Below are positions 12,109-25,873 of a DNA stretch of 64,000 bases, piece after piece. Both the position numbers and the translations under genes were made by a program. Below the pieces are notes generated by a model. It saw only the letters and a program-made list of their open reading frames with translations, searched no databases and was not told the DNA's origin. Origin of the DNA: Felis catus (taxonomy: Eukaryota); NCBI RefSeq assembly GCF_018350175.1, contig NC_058383.1, positions 3,038,001 to 3,102,000 of the forward strand. Reading direction: 5' to 3'. Positions within the stretch are counted from its first letter, which is position 1, and each line of letters starts with the position of its first letter.

Positions 12109-15100
12109 TCTCATTTGATATTTAAGCTAAAAGAATACATTTGTACATTTTCTGGAGGAAGAAAAAGCACATTGGCTATAAATAGTGGTTTCAACTGGCT
12201 TTTGATTTTTAAAGATCAAGCAAAATAAATCTAGAGATAAGCAATAAAATTCCATTAAGTGGGAGCTTCAAAGGGACCATCTTGGTAAAGGCAGCAAATC
12301 TATTTGGAGAAAGTTTTGGGGATCAACTTATTAATAGCATTCCAGCCCGTCAAGTTTTCTTTGTTCTTTTAAAGTTACGGGAATGAATTAAAAACAAGCT
12401 TCCCAGTCGATCATGTATCATTGAAACCCAAAACACAATAGCGTTTGTCTTGTTACAAACCAGGAGGCTGTAAATCTATTATTTATTTTTTATTAAAAGT
12501 GTAAGCTCCAGAGCGAGGCCCGTGAATGGCCAACAGAGGAATAGGAGATGAATAGAGGAATAGGCCTTTCATCTCGGCCCAGTTCTTGCCCCGTGACCCA
12601 GGTCAGCAGTGATTCGGTGTCCCTGCTGCTCTTAGGAATGTGTTTGTTTACCTGCATTATGTTCAGTGGTAGGAGGAAAGAAAGGGAGAAAATGAGGAAA
12701 ATGATGAATCTGACTTCACGTTTTAGAACAGAGTGAAAGTTGTAATTAGAGAGAGCTACGTTACCATGTCTGACTCTCAACAAAGTTTTCCAGCAAACCA
12801 CTGGTTCCGTCGATCTCTTGCGAATGGATCACCACACACGGTGTAGAATGGTAATGCTATGCTACTCACACATCTCTTTTATGGCCACCACCCCTGAGTA
12901 GGTCCCCTGGGGTCACCATTGGTTGCAAGGTTGATAGCGGCCTGCCCCAGATGAGGGCTTTGGAAACTACACCAGACACTGCAGTGTGACTGAACCACCC
13001 GGAAGCACGTGCAGGCAGGCAGCACAGGCCTCCCTTCGAGAAAGCCTGGGCCTTCCTCGGGCCGGGGAGCCAGCCGGAAAGCAGTCCCTGAGTGCAGCCA
13101 CATGGCTGTGGTCACGGCTGGAGATCCCCACACCTTCCTGTGTGGTCGGTAGGAACTGCTGGAGTTCATGGGCGTCATGCCCCCCACGATCCAGCAAATA
13201 ACTTCTCGACTTGAATATTTTAGTCATGCTGTACTGAAGCTGCAGTATCTTTACCTTGCCGGAAGAAAACAGAACCAAAAACCAGTGGTAGTTAAGTCTT
13301 CCGCTTTCTCCAGTGTAGCAGACGTTACTTACTTACCCCTGTGGCATCTACACAGGGTCGTGTATGTGGCTGTGTGCTGCCTGTTAAGCCCGTGTGCATG
13401 AACTAAAAAGAGCGTTTATTGTCCCGGAAACTGGAGTTTCTACCTTTTGTTCCTGATGCTTCCTTGATTCAGGTGGAAGGTGTGTACCTGGGAATTACAG
13501 AAGTCAGCTGCCCCTTTGCTCAGACAGCTAAAGCCACCTGTGGGGAGTGGTGGTTTCATTGCCCTGCTGGCTGGCGGGCGCCTGGCTGCCCTTCTGCCAC
13601 TGTGGGCCAGCTTTCCTCATCTTGCCCCCGCGCCTTGGTGGCAGCCTGCTGACTGACCCCTGTGTCCGGTCGGTCCGCCTCGCAGAGACAGGGCCGCACA
13701 CGAATGCCCCTGGAGGCTGACCGTGCCGGAGCATTCTCTCCGCCTCTGAGCCCGCTCGGAATTCCATCGGGGCCTTCGATCTGGATCCCAGACGCGCTGC
13801 GGTAGCACCACCTCCCCGGCTTGGCGCTTCTTTAGCTTCTCTACACATCGTCTGGGGCCAGTAACTGTAATAGTATAAACAGTGCTCCAGGGTGGGGCCT
13901 GTTATTTACACCGTTTTACAGACAAGGAAAAGGAGACCAGGGGAAGGACGCGCCCAGCCCAGCGTCCCAGGGCCAGCAGGTGGGTCACAGCAGCACACTG
14001 ATCCCGACCGTCTGGCTGTGGAGCTCTCAGCTAGGCTGGCCGCCTGGGACTGGGTGTGCTTCTGGGGTTCTGTGCGCCCCAGGATGGGCTCTCTGAGCTG
14101 CCCCCCTGCCCCAGCTCTAGGGCAGCCCCCTCTGCAGTAGGTTCGTAGTAGGGCTTTCCCTCCTTCCGTGGAATCCCATGGAACTTCTCACGTTTCTGCT
14201 ATTTATCGAGTCCCGTCTGTGTCAGACACTGCTAAGCATTCTCTACGTGTGTTAAGTGAAAGTGAAATAAACCGAGAACTTTGTTCTTCAGCACTTTTGT
14301 GAGGAAAGCTTTCTGCCTTGCACAAGTGAGGGAACTGGCTCGCATTAGGTTTTTGTTTGGACATGTTATCCCCCGACCACGTTATAAGCTTCTTCAGGGC
14401 AGAGATGGAATTCCCTTACCTCCTGGGTTTTCAGGCCGTCCCCAGTATGTCCACACACCAGAGAGGCAGGCAGTGAGTGCCTCGGTTGATGCAGATTAAA
14501 GGAGATTTGCAGCTGTTGGGACCAAATGGACGAAGAGACCGTGGTGAGAGGTGGCCATCCAGCTCGTAATGCCCAAGAGGCTAGGTGGCATCTCTCCCTG
14601 GCTTCCCTCCCCTTTTCTGACCCCCCCACCCCCCAAGTGTTGTCCCTGCAGCATCATTACTTCTCCCAGGAAAAGGGGGTTTTATGCAAGTCACGGACTG
14701 GAGGGCTAGTCCTCGCTCTGGATTTACCGCTCCAGGACCAGAGCTCACCCTGGTCTCTGGGGCAAGCCCCTCGCCTTCCCAGGCCTCCCGCAGTTTTCCA
14801 GCGTCTTCTCTCCGCCCAGTTTGGTGGCCTGTGACTTTGTTAATTGGGACCTCGGGGTGCTGTGGAGAGGAGTTCCGTGTGCAGGGCTGGACTGCATTGA
14901 GCCATAAAGGAATCGCACGGGTGATGGGCATATATCTAAGGATTCACCAGCCCGCAACAGCCCGCATCTCCGGTCCTCCCTTCTGTGACTCAGGCCCAGG
15001 CCTATAGGAGGATGGGGGCGGGTTGGGGGGGAGGAAAGCATTTTGTTAAAGAAAGCAAATTGGAGACTGTGGACCAGCTGGTGTAAACATTTTTCAAGCC

Positions 15101-16079
15101 TCTGGTTGTTTCTTACATTTAGGCCCTGGTGGTAGCCATGTGGGCCGTATATCAGCAGGCCCTTGTTTACAGCTCTCAGACTAATGAGGATTATCATTTA
15201 TGCCCAAGAGTATGTAAATTTGGCAGTTCTTGCTCTAAAATAACATTCTCCCTCTTTCCGGGAGTAAACTGCTTTCTTAGTAAACAGATTTTCTGTTTAT
15301 TATGTTACCATTTAGAAACTTTCTTATTCTGGTGCCAAATTGCTCTTAAAGGTGACTGATTCGTAAAGAATATTTTATTTGCCTTGAAATCCGATTCTAC
15401 TTAGAACAGTATTAAAACACAAGAAGAGTCAGCAATCTATCACTGGAAATATGTGAGCAGCTGGAACATCGGAATCCACACCTGTATTTATGTCTTCGAG
15501 AGGTTGTTTTTATCTAGTTCAGAGCACTTACTGTTTTTATCATACACTGAGTAGCTGTTATGGGCAAGACCCTCGACTTGGGGGTCTCCTTGAGATACAG
15601 AAATGAATAACATATTCACCTCCGGCTTTTTGGCCTCTAAATTTTGAAAAGGAAAAAAAGATCAGTAATAAAAGGCAGAGTCCTAAGTGCCCTCTGAGAG
15701 GTTGGTGCGCAGGGGAAGGCCGAGGGGGGAGACCTCCACCTGTGGGGTCCGAGGAACCCGCGCAGGGAAGGCTGTGTCCGTGACAGCATGTCAGTTCGGC
15801 AGTAGACGGAAGGTGGTAGGCATTTCTGGTGGCGGGAGTGTTACCAGCAGAGGGAAGCCTGGGGACTGTGGAGCAGTGAGAGGGCCAGCCTTGTTGGGGT
15901 AAAGGTTACATGCCCACGGCTTACGGCCAGAACCCCCGTGTGGGGTCAGATACCACCCTGCCCCTCACCATCCCAAGACGAAGCAATGCGAACCAAGATT
16001 GTTGAGGGGGGAGAAGTTTCTAAAGTTTCTACAGCCAGGACAGTAAGTTGATTTGAATCGTCTTCCCAAAGTATGTTTT

Positions 16080-16280
16080 GGGGTGCCTGGGCGGCCCATT
16101 CGGTTGAGAGTTCAACTCTTGATTTCGGCTCCAGTCGTGATCCGGTTCGAGCCCCGTGTCAGGCTCTTCACTAAGAGTGCAGAACCTGCTTGGGATTCTG
16201 TCTCTCCCTTTCTTTCTTCCCCCCATCCTGTGTTCATGTGCACTCTCTCTCTTGAAGTAAATAATAATTAAAAGTAAATA
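16080..16280 (+). mobile_element. CanSINE
   Basis: ggggtgcctggg head, gttcgagcccc B-box, CT-rich region, A-rich tail. Confidence 0.92.
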
Positions 16281-16589
16281 AAATGTGTTTTTTACAGACG
16301 TTTGGAGTGTCGTGAGCAAAAAGGGTTCTTGCTTAATTAAGTTTTGGAAATAAACAGGTCTTTATTCTAAGGCTTCTTAGAGCCTATACTATGCTTTGTG
16401 ACTTCTTGGAGGGGGATACATTATGTGCTGTTTCAGAAGTATTTGGCCCTGGAACTGGAGTGGGTGTGCCTTGTTTGTTTGGTTCCCTCGGCCTCCTCTT
16501 CCTTTTTGGGGTGCTACCTGCCCAGTACTCCCTGCCCTGTTTAACTTAGAGCCCCAGCCCCGCCTGGACCCTCACTGCGACGTAATTCT

Positions 16590-17031
16590 GCTCTAGGTGC
16601 CCCTCCACTTCTGAACTTGGATGAAATGCCACATCCACAGTGATCCCAGGGCAGCACCCGTGGTGCTGGAGGGTGTAACTTGGAGCTCCTGGGGGTGTTA
16701 GCTCCTCCAGAGGTGAAGTTCCATCAGTGGGAGTTGGGAGGGAACTGGGCTGGTAGATTTACCATCCTTTCTCCTTCCACGGACTCGCACAGGCATGCTT
16801 CTGAGAACTTCTCAGAGACGTCCCATGTACTTGGACATGTCTGGCAAGTGACATGACGCGTCTCGGAGTCTGTGCCGTGGCCATAATGGGATGACCCCCT
16901 AATTCGTGTCTTTCCTTACCTTGAGCGTCTGTTCCTGCACATCTTTCTGTCTAGCTTACACTTCCCAAAGTAAGTGTCAGCGTGTAGTCCTTGCCTCAGG
17001 CTCTGCTTTCTGGAACACCTGGACAAAGGCA
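16590..17031 (+). mobile_element. Old ERVL-class LTR (LTR16/LTR33-like)
   Basis: 3' end gtccttgcctcaggctctgctttctgg...aaaggca resembles ERVL LTR termini; 5' boundary uncertain. Confidence 0.5.
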
Positions 17032-17099
17032 AAATCCCTTTGCCATTGAGCCTTTGAGGCTGATGTCTCCCTGGGCTCACTTGGGGCGGCTGCTGTCTG

Positions 17100-18700
17100 G
17101 TGGATACATGGGCTAGACTGGGGCACTGAGCGCTGAGGATGGCCAGCTTCCCAGTAGTGCCGGGAGAACAAGAAGGAGAGGAAAGACGCCTGGTAGGGAG
17201 TTGATGGGGTGAATCAGAACTGGGAGTAGAGGAGCCGGAGGGAAAGGTTTGTGGGGAGTCTGTCGCGGATGGCCGGGAGTGGGTGGTGGCGCAGGCTGCG
17301 TGTGCTGACGGGTGAGTAGGAAAAGACGAGCAGCGGGAACATGTAGGCACGATGGCTGGGTGGACGAGCTCTGGAGAGAGTGAGGACCGATGACAGGGGT
17401 GGTGCCCTGAGCATGTGGGGCAGCAGGTGTCACAAAGAAGAGGCTGACACTCAGCAAATGGTCACTAGCGAGTTCTCGCTGGGACAGGGGGTCGCTCTGG
17501 GGGTGCTAAGATTTGAAGTTCGGTACTGGAGGGAGGTGGGGTGGGAGCTAGAAGGTACGTCAGGGATGAGAAAAGGGTTGGGTAGATGAGACCAGAAAAA
17601 CCTAAAAGCAGAGGGGGTGGTAGCCACTCTCACCTCTAAAGATGTGCTGTTTTGTCAATGGGGAGGTACGTCTGTGTCTCTTCTGTCTTCCACGACTGGT
17701 GGCAAAGGGAGTACAAGGGGGGCTCATTTTCAGGGCGTCTGCCATGCCCGTGTTGCTAAAGGAGACAGAGCTTGTGGCTCTTTGTTTTAGCAGAAGCACC
17801 AGCGAGCGTTTGAGGAGGCAGATGTGGCTCCAGAGTGGGTGGGTTGGGGGCGGGGGGAGAAGAGAGCTGAATGGTTGTGTTTTATAAAGTGGGGAGATTG
17901 ATTTCCGGGGCAGAGTGGCCTGGGACAGCAGAGGGGCAGAGAGGTCTGCGGTTGTTAGGGGGGAGGGCAGAGCCGCTCAGTTGTCCCGTCTTGCAGTTGA
18001 GTGTGGCCACGCACAGATGAGGGTCTTCGGCAGGAGGGAGCGAAGAGGAAGAATTTAAGTCGTGCCAAAAATAGCGGGCAGGAAGGCTAAGTTCTTCTGG
18101 GTCAGCATGGACCAGCAGAAGAACCCAGGCGTGGGGCCAGCAGCTGTGAGCTGAGCAAGTGTGGCCAGCTGATTTGACCCCAAGAACATGCCTTTAGGGA
18201 TTAGCAGCAAAATTGAGGAGGGCTCTGGACCTCCCACAGGATGTAGGAAAGGACAAGAGAAGCAATTTTATTCCACTGTCCAAGGACAAAATAACCTTAA
18301 CTGTCATCTGGATGTCATGGGGGATTTCTTAATGTTTGTGCAGACGAGAGGAAAGCACTCCGTGGAGACAGAGACACTGCCACTTCTGCAGAGGTGACCC
18401 GCCGGAGAGTGTGAGAGAGCCACTGTGATAAGGACGCCATAAGAGATTGTTTCCAAAGCAGCCAGGGTCCAAATGGTGTGCTAGCCCTGCGGAGAAGCAG
18501 TCGGTGTAACTGAGGGCTGGAGGAGGAGGAAAGGGCAGTGGGCACGGTGCGGAGGTTTGGGCATGGTGGGCATGGACCGGGGGTAGGTCAGGGAGGGATG
18601 CTTGGGGGTATGTGAGATCTTGTTGAGAGGGCTGGTTATGGGTCCAGACACAATAGCTAAGTCCTAACACAAGGGGGAAAAATTGAGAATGTGGCTGTCA
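17100..18700 (-). mobile_element. Probable highly diverged ancient LINE (L2-like) internal fragments
   Basis: Long G/A-skewed tract with the texture of antisense L2; no clear diagnostic motif. Confidence 0.35.
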
Positions 18701-18790
18701 CACTGATGCCAAAGACAGGAGTGTGAGAGTATGGGAGGAAGGGGACTGGGATCGCCGGTTAGAGGGTCTGCGACTTCGAGCATTTGCCGC

Positions 18791-19283
18791 TGACATCGGG
18801 GCTCTCCAGAGAGAGAACCCACAGCGTGTGTCCATCTGAGACAGAGGGAGAGAGGGAGATTGGTTATAAGTACTGGCTTACATGATTGTGGAGGCTGAGA
18901 AGTCCCAGGAAGCATGCTGGACCCCAGCTTGGCGTGGTACTTAGAAAGCCTGAGAGCCCAAGGGCCAATGATGGAGATTCCAGTAGAGTCTGCAGGCCCG
19001 AGAACCAGGACCAGCGAGGACAGGAGATCAGTGTCCCCACTCATCAGTCAGAGGCAAGGCAATCTACCCTCCCTCTGCCTTTTTGTTCTATTCAGGCTCT
19101 CAGTGGATTGCACGGTCTCCACCCACAGTGAGAAGGGCCATCTATCTACTTTACTGAGTCTGTCCTTTCAAATGCGAATCTCTTCCCAAAACACCCTCAC
19201 AGACACGTCCAGAAACAATGTTTAACCAGCTATCTGGACATTCTTTGGCCCAGTCCAGTTGACACATAAAATTAACCAGCACA
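18791..19283 (-). mobile_element. MLT2-family LTR (ERVL)
   Basis: ggctctccagagagagaacc; tggcttacatgattgtggaggctgagaagtccc; ttctattcaggc; accctcacagacac; gttgacacataaaattaaccagcaca terminus. Confidence 0.9.
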
Positions 19284-19349
19284 GGGCTCCATGACCTTTC
19301 TTGGGTCATTACCTAGCTTTCCATGTGTTCGTCAGATCTCCACATCCAA

Positions 19350-19455
19350 GTCCTAAGCTTCTCCAGGGCAGAGACCCTGTCTTCTTTTTTGTGTTCTCTG
19401 TAGCTGGCACAGTACTTTCCATGTACTAAATGTTCAATAAAAATGTGTTGGACGG
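19350..19455 (+). mobile_element. L2 3' end
   Basis: aagcttctccagggcagagacc...ctggcacagt...gttcaataaaaatgtgttgga. Confidence 0.7.
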
Positions 19456-21399
19456 CTCATTGATCCAATAAACCTATGTCTGTGCCAATACGGAATTGCT
19501 CTTGAAAAGCTATGGGTAAATCAATTCTTTGTAATTTGAATCTTATTTCAAATATACCAGGGGTGTTCAGCACTTAAAGGGATGCTAGGTGAATCTTTTG
19601 GGAACCCAAGAGTCCTTCACTCTGTTTTTCACTTTTTAAAGAAAAAGAAGGTGAATTACAGAGAAACGAAGTGACTTGTTACAATCTGTTTTGTTGGTCA
19701 AATTTAAGGTTTATGAAGGCAAATATCCCTGTTAATTTAGGAAGAGCGTGACTAGGTGAACAGCCTGGCTGTAGGCTTTATAATGTCAGATCAGTAGCAT
19801 CATACCTTTAGCAGGATTTATTTTAATCTGCAGATACTTAATGTGTTGATTGAAACAAATCTATTTCAGTAATATACTAATGACTGTTGTCTATACTGAA
19901 CAGTTTTGCAGTTTATGGCAGCTTAGGAAATAAAAACGAAGGACAAAGGAACATGCAAACGGAAGAAGCTCCTGGCTGAGAAAATCACTTACAAAAGAGC
20001 CTGGCTCAAAGCATTTAGTTTTTCTTCTGTGACTTGTGTGAGAATGATGAATGTGCTGGGTGGGTGCCGAGTCTCGGGGTCCTGAGGGTGCGCTCCCAGA
20101 TTCATTGTGGAGGAGATGAAAATCTCTTCAGTCGGTAGCTCCGTGTTACGCGTAAGAAAGACGTTGAAAAGATTTAGTGAAACCTTTTGGACACCTCACT
20201 GATTGAATTATTCATTTTAAATTGATCGGGTTTTATCAACATCTGTATTGGGTTGATTTAGTTTCTGCTTGCTGTGTTCTGGAATAAAGTAATTTATTAG
20301 ATGTGAGAAACTTGAGAAGCAGAGCTGCGTTGGGTTACTGTTTTTGGAAGATCGAAACAAAAGAAAGAAAAGAGTCAAAATGTGCGTTTGATTTGCTCTC
20401 CTTTGTCTTGATAGGCGTTTTCACATGACTTCCGCTTGTCAAAAATGATTTTGAAGTTGTCATTCACCACAAGAGGTACTTCCTTTTCGCTTGGGATTTT
20501 AGTTTCTTGACACGAAACACCGAATCATATACGAGGGGCAGGAGTTAATTGGTACCGGTACTGGCTAACGGCGGTTGTACAGACAAATACCAACTCATTC
20601 GGTTCTTGTCTCTCTGGTGGGGGCAGGCCTTCTTACCCCCACATTGTGGCTGTGGAAACTGAGACTCAGAGGGGTTTGATGGCACAGGTGTGTGGGTCCT
20701 TGGACGTCGGTGTCCCAACTCGCTGCTCATCGGCACTGTCTCTCGGGGCTGAGTGTCTTCCTTCAGTTTTTACATTTATTATTAGTGTCAGCTTCCGTGG
20801 CTACGGTGTTTCAAAGACAGTGTGATATTACTTGCATAATAATGTCTTACAATAATAAAATACAAATAATACTATTCGAGCCACCCGGAAATGTGGATAA
20901 ATGGGGTCTTTGCATTATCCAGACTCAGTATTTGTGTTCCTCACAGTCTCTACGTAACCAGAACTGTGTGCTTCCTCAGCTAGGTGTTGGGTGCTAGGTT
21001 AGGACAGACGCAAAAGCCGTAACGAGTGGAAAGTCGGTTTTCACGTCAGCACAATCACAAATGTTAGGGATAGAGGTACCCTACGCATGGGTTTGGAAAA
21101 CTGAAAACTAAAATTGAAAAACGTTGCTTGTGGCAGCGGGCTTCAGGCTGTGCCCGCAGAGCTTTGGGGGTACCCGTCTAGTTTCATCACCTGTTATGGG
21201 TGCTCCCAGGTCAGAGTTGCAGTTCAGTGGATTTGAACGAGGAACACGCATGGTGTGAAGTTAAGAATAGATTGATTTAGACTTTTTACCCCCTTTTTTG
21301 TTTCCATGTCCTTTGATCGAAATGTAAATGGATAATGCTGTAGACAGAAGACATTGGGGCAGATGTGGAATAACTGGAAAATCAAAGTCTGTGGAACAA

Positions 21400-21781
21400 A
21401 CACAATGGAATGCTACGTGGCAATGAGAAACAATGAAATATGGCCTTTTGTAGCAACGTGGATGGAACTGGAGAGTGTTATGCTAAGTGAAGTAAGTCAT
21501 ACGGAGAAAGACAGATACCATATGTTTTCACTCTTATGTGGATCCTGAGAAACTTAACAGAAACCCATGGGGGAGGGGAAGGGAAAAAAAAAAGAGAGGG
21601 GGAGAGCCAAACCATAAGAGACTCTTCAAAACTGAAAATGAACTGAAGGTTGACGGGGGGTGGGAGGGAGGGGAAAGTGGGTGATGGGCATTGAGGAGGG
21701 CACCTGTTGGGATGAGCACTGGGTGTTGTATGGAAACCAATGTGACAATAAATTTCATATTAAAAAAATAATAAAATAAAA
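21400..21781 (+). mobile_element. 5'-truncated feline-type L1 (ORF2 C-terminus, 3'UTR, A tail)
   Basis: Encodes TMECYVAMRNNEIWPFVATWMELESVMLSEVSHTEKDRYHMFSLLCGS*; G-rich 3'UTR, gggatgagcactgggtgttgtatggaaacc, aataaa, A-rich tail. Confidence 0.95.
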
Positions 21782-21873
21782 TTATATAACAAATTTAATT
21801 AGGTAAACTGTACCAAAGGGTGAATTGACAGTTGAAAATATGCTGTTTAGCTTCTAAAAAAATGAATACTTAC

Positions 21874-22080
21874 GGGGCGCCTGGGTGGCTCAGTCGGTTA
21901 GGTGACTGACCAACTCTTGATTTCGGCTCAGGTCATGATCTCACAATTTGTGAGCTCGAACCCCACGTGGGGCTCTGCGCTGTCACAGTTCAGAGCCTGC
22001 TTGAGATTTTCTCTCTCTCTCCTCTTTCTGCCCCTTCCCCACTCATGCACATAAAAATAAAATCAAGTAAAAATTAAAAG
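21874..22080 (+). mobile_element. CanSINE
   Basis: ggggcgcctgggtggctcagtcggtt head, CT-rich region, A tail. Confidence 0.94.
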
Positions 22081-22225
22081 AGGAATGTTAAATAATGAAA
22101 TCACTAAATCACAGTAATTTCTTGCTTTATGCAACAGAGTTCCATTAATTACAGTCGAAAGTCAACATATTTTAGGGGAGATTGCTAATTTCAACTAACT
22201 GTGTGTGATATCCTTCAGCTCCTTC

Positions 22226-22414
22226 CTGGGGTTCCCAACCTCAGCCTCACATAGAAATCTCAGGAGAAACTTGAGAAAAATACTGATACCTGGGCCTCAC
22301 GCCCAGACTCTCAAGATTTAATTGGCCTGGGGTATAGCCTGGGAAACAGCATTTTAAAAAAACCAGAAAACTCCTCAGGAGATTCTAATGTGCATCCAAA
22401 GTTAAAAACCACTG
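22226..22414. mobile_element. MER5-type hAT-Charlie MITE
   Basis: gttcccaacctcagc...atttaattggcctgggg...gattctaatgtgcatccaaagttaaaaaccactg. Confidence 0.82.
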
Positions 22415-24964
22415 TTTATGTTATAATCATTCTTTAATTATATTTGGTGATGTCTTTGTAGATCTCTGTATTTTAGCATTTTGACTTCAGAGTGTCCTCT
22501 TGTGAGGCAGGCAGCTGAGATCAACTGGCGATTTAAAGGGCTGACCTTTACCTCTTAAGTTTTTATGTTTAGAGGGCAGCTACTGTAAGGATGACCCTTT
22601 TCCTTTTGCAGCATCATAATACTGAGTGCCAGGACCCAAGTTTCTGAAACCTCCCAATAGACCCGTTTTCAACTGTTCTGAGCCTGCAGGGTACGGCAGG
22701 ACCTAGCTGTTAATTCAGTACTTGCATCTGATTGACGTGGGGAGGATCACTGGCCACCTAAGGGAGGCCGTACCATTATTAATTCCTTTCTGGATGTCCT
22801 TTGTGTGTCTGCCCAGAGGCCTTGGCATTGGGTACGTTGTGAAAGTCATAAAATTAAAGAAATCCCTCGTCCTGGCTGCTCACCCTGGCATACAGAAAAG
22901 CAATCACAGTAATGGCTGGGGCTTCCTCCTTCGAAAGAACATGCACCGGGGCCTTTGGTGTATTTCTTGGTAGAATTTGCAATGGGCCTGCGGTGCACTG
23001 ATGGAAAAGGGCTAATGATTATGATGGAACCACTGCTACTGGAACTCTCTGAAATCTTTGAACATATTTGGTGGTGGTGGTGAGCGGTTGTTTTTTAAAT
23101 GCTTGCAAAATTTGTCCAAAGTGAAGAAAACCTTTAAACTGGTGATTCTCAAACTTTTGCAGGTATATCAATATCAGGGGTCTAAAGTTTGAGAGGCAAA
23201 GATGTCAAAAATTCCCCCCAAAGCTACTTTTCTTAGATTCCCTGATACAGATTACAAACCAGGCTATTGATGGTTCTATGCAGAAACAAACCAATATATT
23301 TTTACTGTTTGTTGAAATAATAGTTTTGAAACTGGGAAGGCCTGTGTGTAACTATCTGCTCTATTTTTGGAAGTAATAGAGGAAGTATTTCAACCTGATT
23401 ACTGCCTGTGGAGTGAGGAATTTCTTAGTATTTGACTGACCACCTGCTGGTACTTTATTTCTTTAGAGCTCCTCGAGTCATTGTAAGAATCACCCAACAG
23501 TTTGAAATGAAAATGATGTCTTACTATAAAATGTCAGCTATCTCTGGTAAAAAGATTACACGCCATTTAAAAATATAATTGCCATTCCCCACTCCCCTTT
23601 ACGTCGATACGTTTCAGAATAACAGAATCCTTGTGTAATGAGAAGGAGCGTTCAAGGTTCGAGCCTTGCAAATTTGAGAAACTGCCTTCTATTTTAAGTC
23701 TTTTAATAGTCTAGATAATTATTACTCCACCTACTGCCCTTTTCTTTCTGTCTACCTCCTGGTCATTCCTGTCACATTTTAATGATGCTGTTTGTGTAGT
23801 GTAGTTGATGAATTCTGCCCCGCGAACGTTATTTATTTATTTTTCCCTGAGCCGGATTCTGTTCTGTTTACTTATCTCGGTGTTGTGTTTCCTTTCTGAG
23901 CTGCCACGAGACATTCCTTTCCATGCCATTGTGTAAGGCACAGCGGGCAGGTGGGGCTCGGGGACTCCTGCTGCGGGAGCCCTGTTTGGGTAAATGTCAC
24001 CGCTTTAGACAAAGAGGAACTTGGCCTAGTGGAGTCACAAATACAGAAACAGAAAATATAGATCGCCACATCTTAAACATTTTATCTGACAATTTTCAGG
24101 TCTATGTTTGCTGTATGGTTTTGAAGCACTGACTGGTTTGCTGTAGGGTTTTTAGTGCGCTGCTTGTGAATATCCTTGGGGTGAAGGTGGAAAGGAGCCG
24201 CTGGGGATGAGTAACGTGGCATCCGTGCCCTCCTGCCCCCCTGCCCCCCTCCCTTCTGGCTGACAAGGAGCTGAGACATGTACCTAGGAAAGAGAGCTCC
24301 TCTGTAAAAACATTGACCCCCATGCAAAGTAGCGTTGCAGATGGGACTTAACGGGGGTACGGAAGAGAGCCTGCCTCCAACGACCTGTGGGGGAAGGTAT
24401 TTGACTTGAGTTAGTATCTGTGACAACAAGGTAGGGTTTAAGTATTCTTTTAAGAAGTCTTACTCATCTTTAGGCTTATTTCTCAACATTAAGAATGTTC
24501 TTAGTAATGCTTCTTGACTCAGCAATCGGTGCCTCCAACAGGGGGCACTGGCGTTCACAGGAAGGTGGCGTTCTTCCCACCTTCCCTCAAATGTTGCTTC
24601 AGTTGGAGACCTTGGTGGTTCTGAAAGTACTTACCTCATCCTTGTATAATTCTGCTTGTTTGGAACATGATTGTTTTGAAGAAAACTCTGGGGATACCTT
24701 TTCATAAGGTTTTCCAACCCGTCCCCAGATAGCTCTGGTCAGCCTCACCTAAGGACCTGATCCAAAAGAAGGTAACCCCAGCTCCGGGGGAAAGCCTTAG
24801 CCAGCTGTCCTTCCCTGTTTCTCTTGTCATCTTTCCTGTGTCCTCTCCAGTCTCCCTGTCCCTCCTCTTGCTCGCTGCCACTGCTAACACTCATGGTTGG
24901 CTCTTTTCAAAAGGACACAGGGCACAGTGAGCAAGAGAATAAATTTTGCAGACGTGTTCTGTGG

Positions 24965-25105
24965 ACACAGGTCCTGACTCTGCCACTTGCCGGCTCTGTA
25001 TCCCTGGGAAAATTCCTTGACCCTTCTGTGCCTCAGTTTCCCCATCAGTAAGAAAGTGAAAATAATAGTACTTACCACGCGTAGCACAAATAGCTATCAT
25101 TATTT
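24965..25105 (+). mobile_element. MIR
   Basis: tcctgactctgccacttgc...ctgtgcctcagtttccccatcagtaa core. Confidence 0.8.
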
Positions 25106-25118
25106 CCCAAATATGTTA

Positions 25119-25873
25119 TTTTAACAGCTTTGTTGACATGGAATGTATAACCATGAAGTCCATCTGTTTAAAGTGTCAATTCGAGGTTCTCAGTACGTTG
25201 AGTTGTGCAGACATAACCATACTCTAATGCAAATAATCCTTGAGCCTACTAGCAGTCTCTTGCCATCCCCCACCCCCCTTCTTGCTCTGCTTCCCTGTCC
25301 GTCAGGTAACCACCAATCTACTTTGTATGGATTTGCCCGTCCTGGACATTCGTACCGATGCAGTCACATGACATATCGTCCTCTGTGACTGGCTGCTTAC
25401 ATTCAACATGGTTCAAGGCATGGGTCATGTGTTAATTCCTTTTTACTGTTAAATAAGATTACATCGCATAGATATACCAACATGTTGTTTATCCAGCCTC
25501 TTGACAGACATTTGGATTGCTTCCACTTTTTGGTTGTTCTGAATAATGCTGCTGTGAATGCATACGTACAGATTTTTGTGTGGACAAAACCCGCACATTT
25601 CGTTTCTCCTGGACACATACCCAGGAGTGGAGTTACTGGGTCACATGGTAACTCTGTGTTAACAATTTGGGGAATTGCCAGACTATTTCCACCTTACATA
25701 CCCACCAGCGACAAATGAGGTTTTCAATTCCTCCATACTCTTCCCAGCACGTGTGACTGTCTTTTTGATTATAGCCCTTCAGGTAGGTGGTTTGGCATGG
25801 GTTATCTCATTGTAATTTTGATTTTGATTTTTCTAATGACTGATGTTGAACATTTTTCATGTGCTTATTAGCC
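25119..25873 (-). mobile_element. Old L1 3' end (L1MB-like)
   Basis: ttttaacagctttgttgac...; gacatttggattgcttccacttttt; ctgggtcacatggtaactctgtgttaac; catttttcatgtgcttattagcc. Confidence 0.88.

Noticed and set aside
12879..15197. Clusters of overlapping 100-150 aa ORFs in GC-rich segments
   Set aside because: Low-complexity Pro/Arg/Gly/Ser composition on both strands, no homology that I recognise, and no consistent splice structure.
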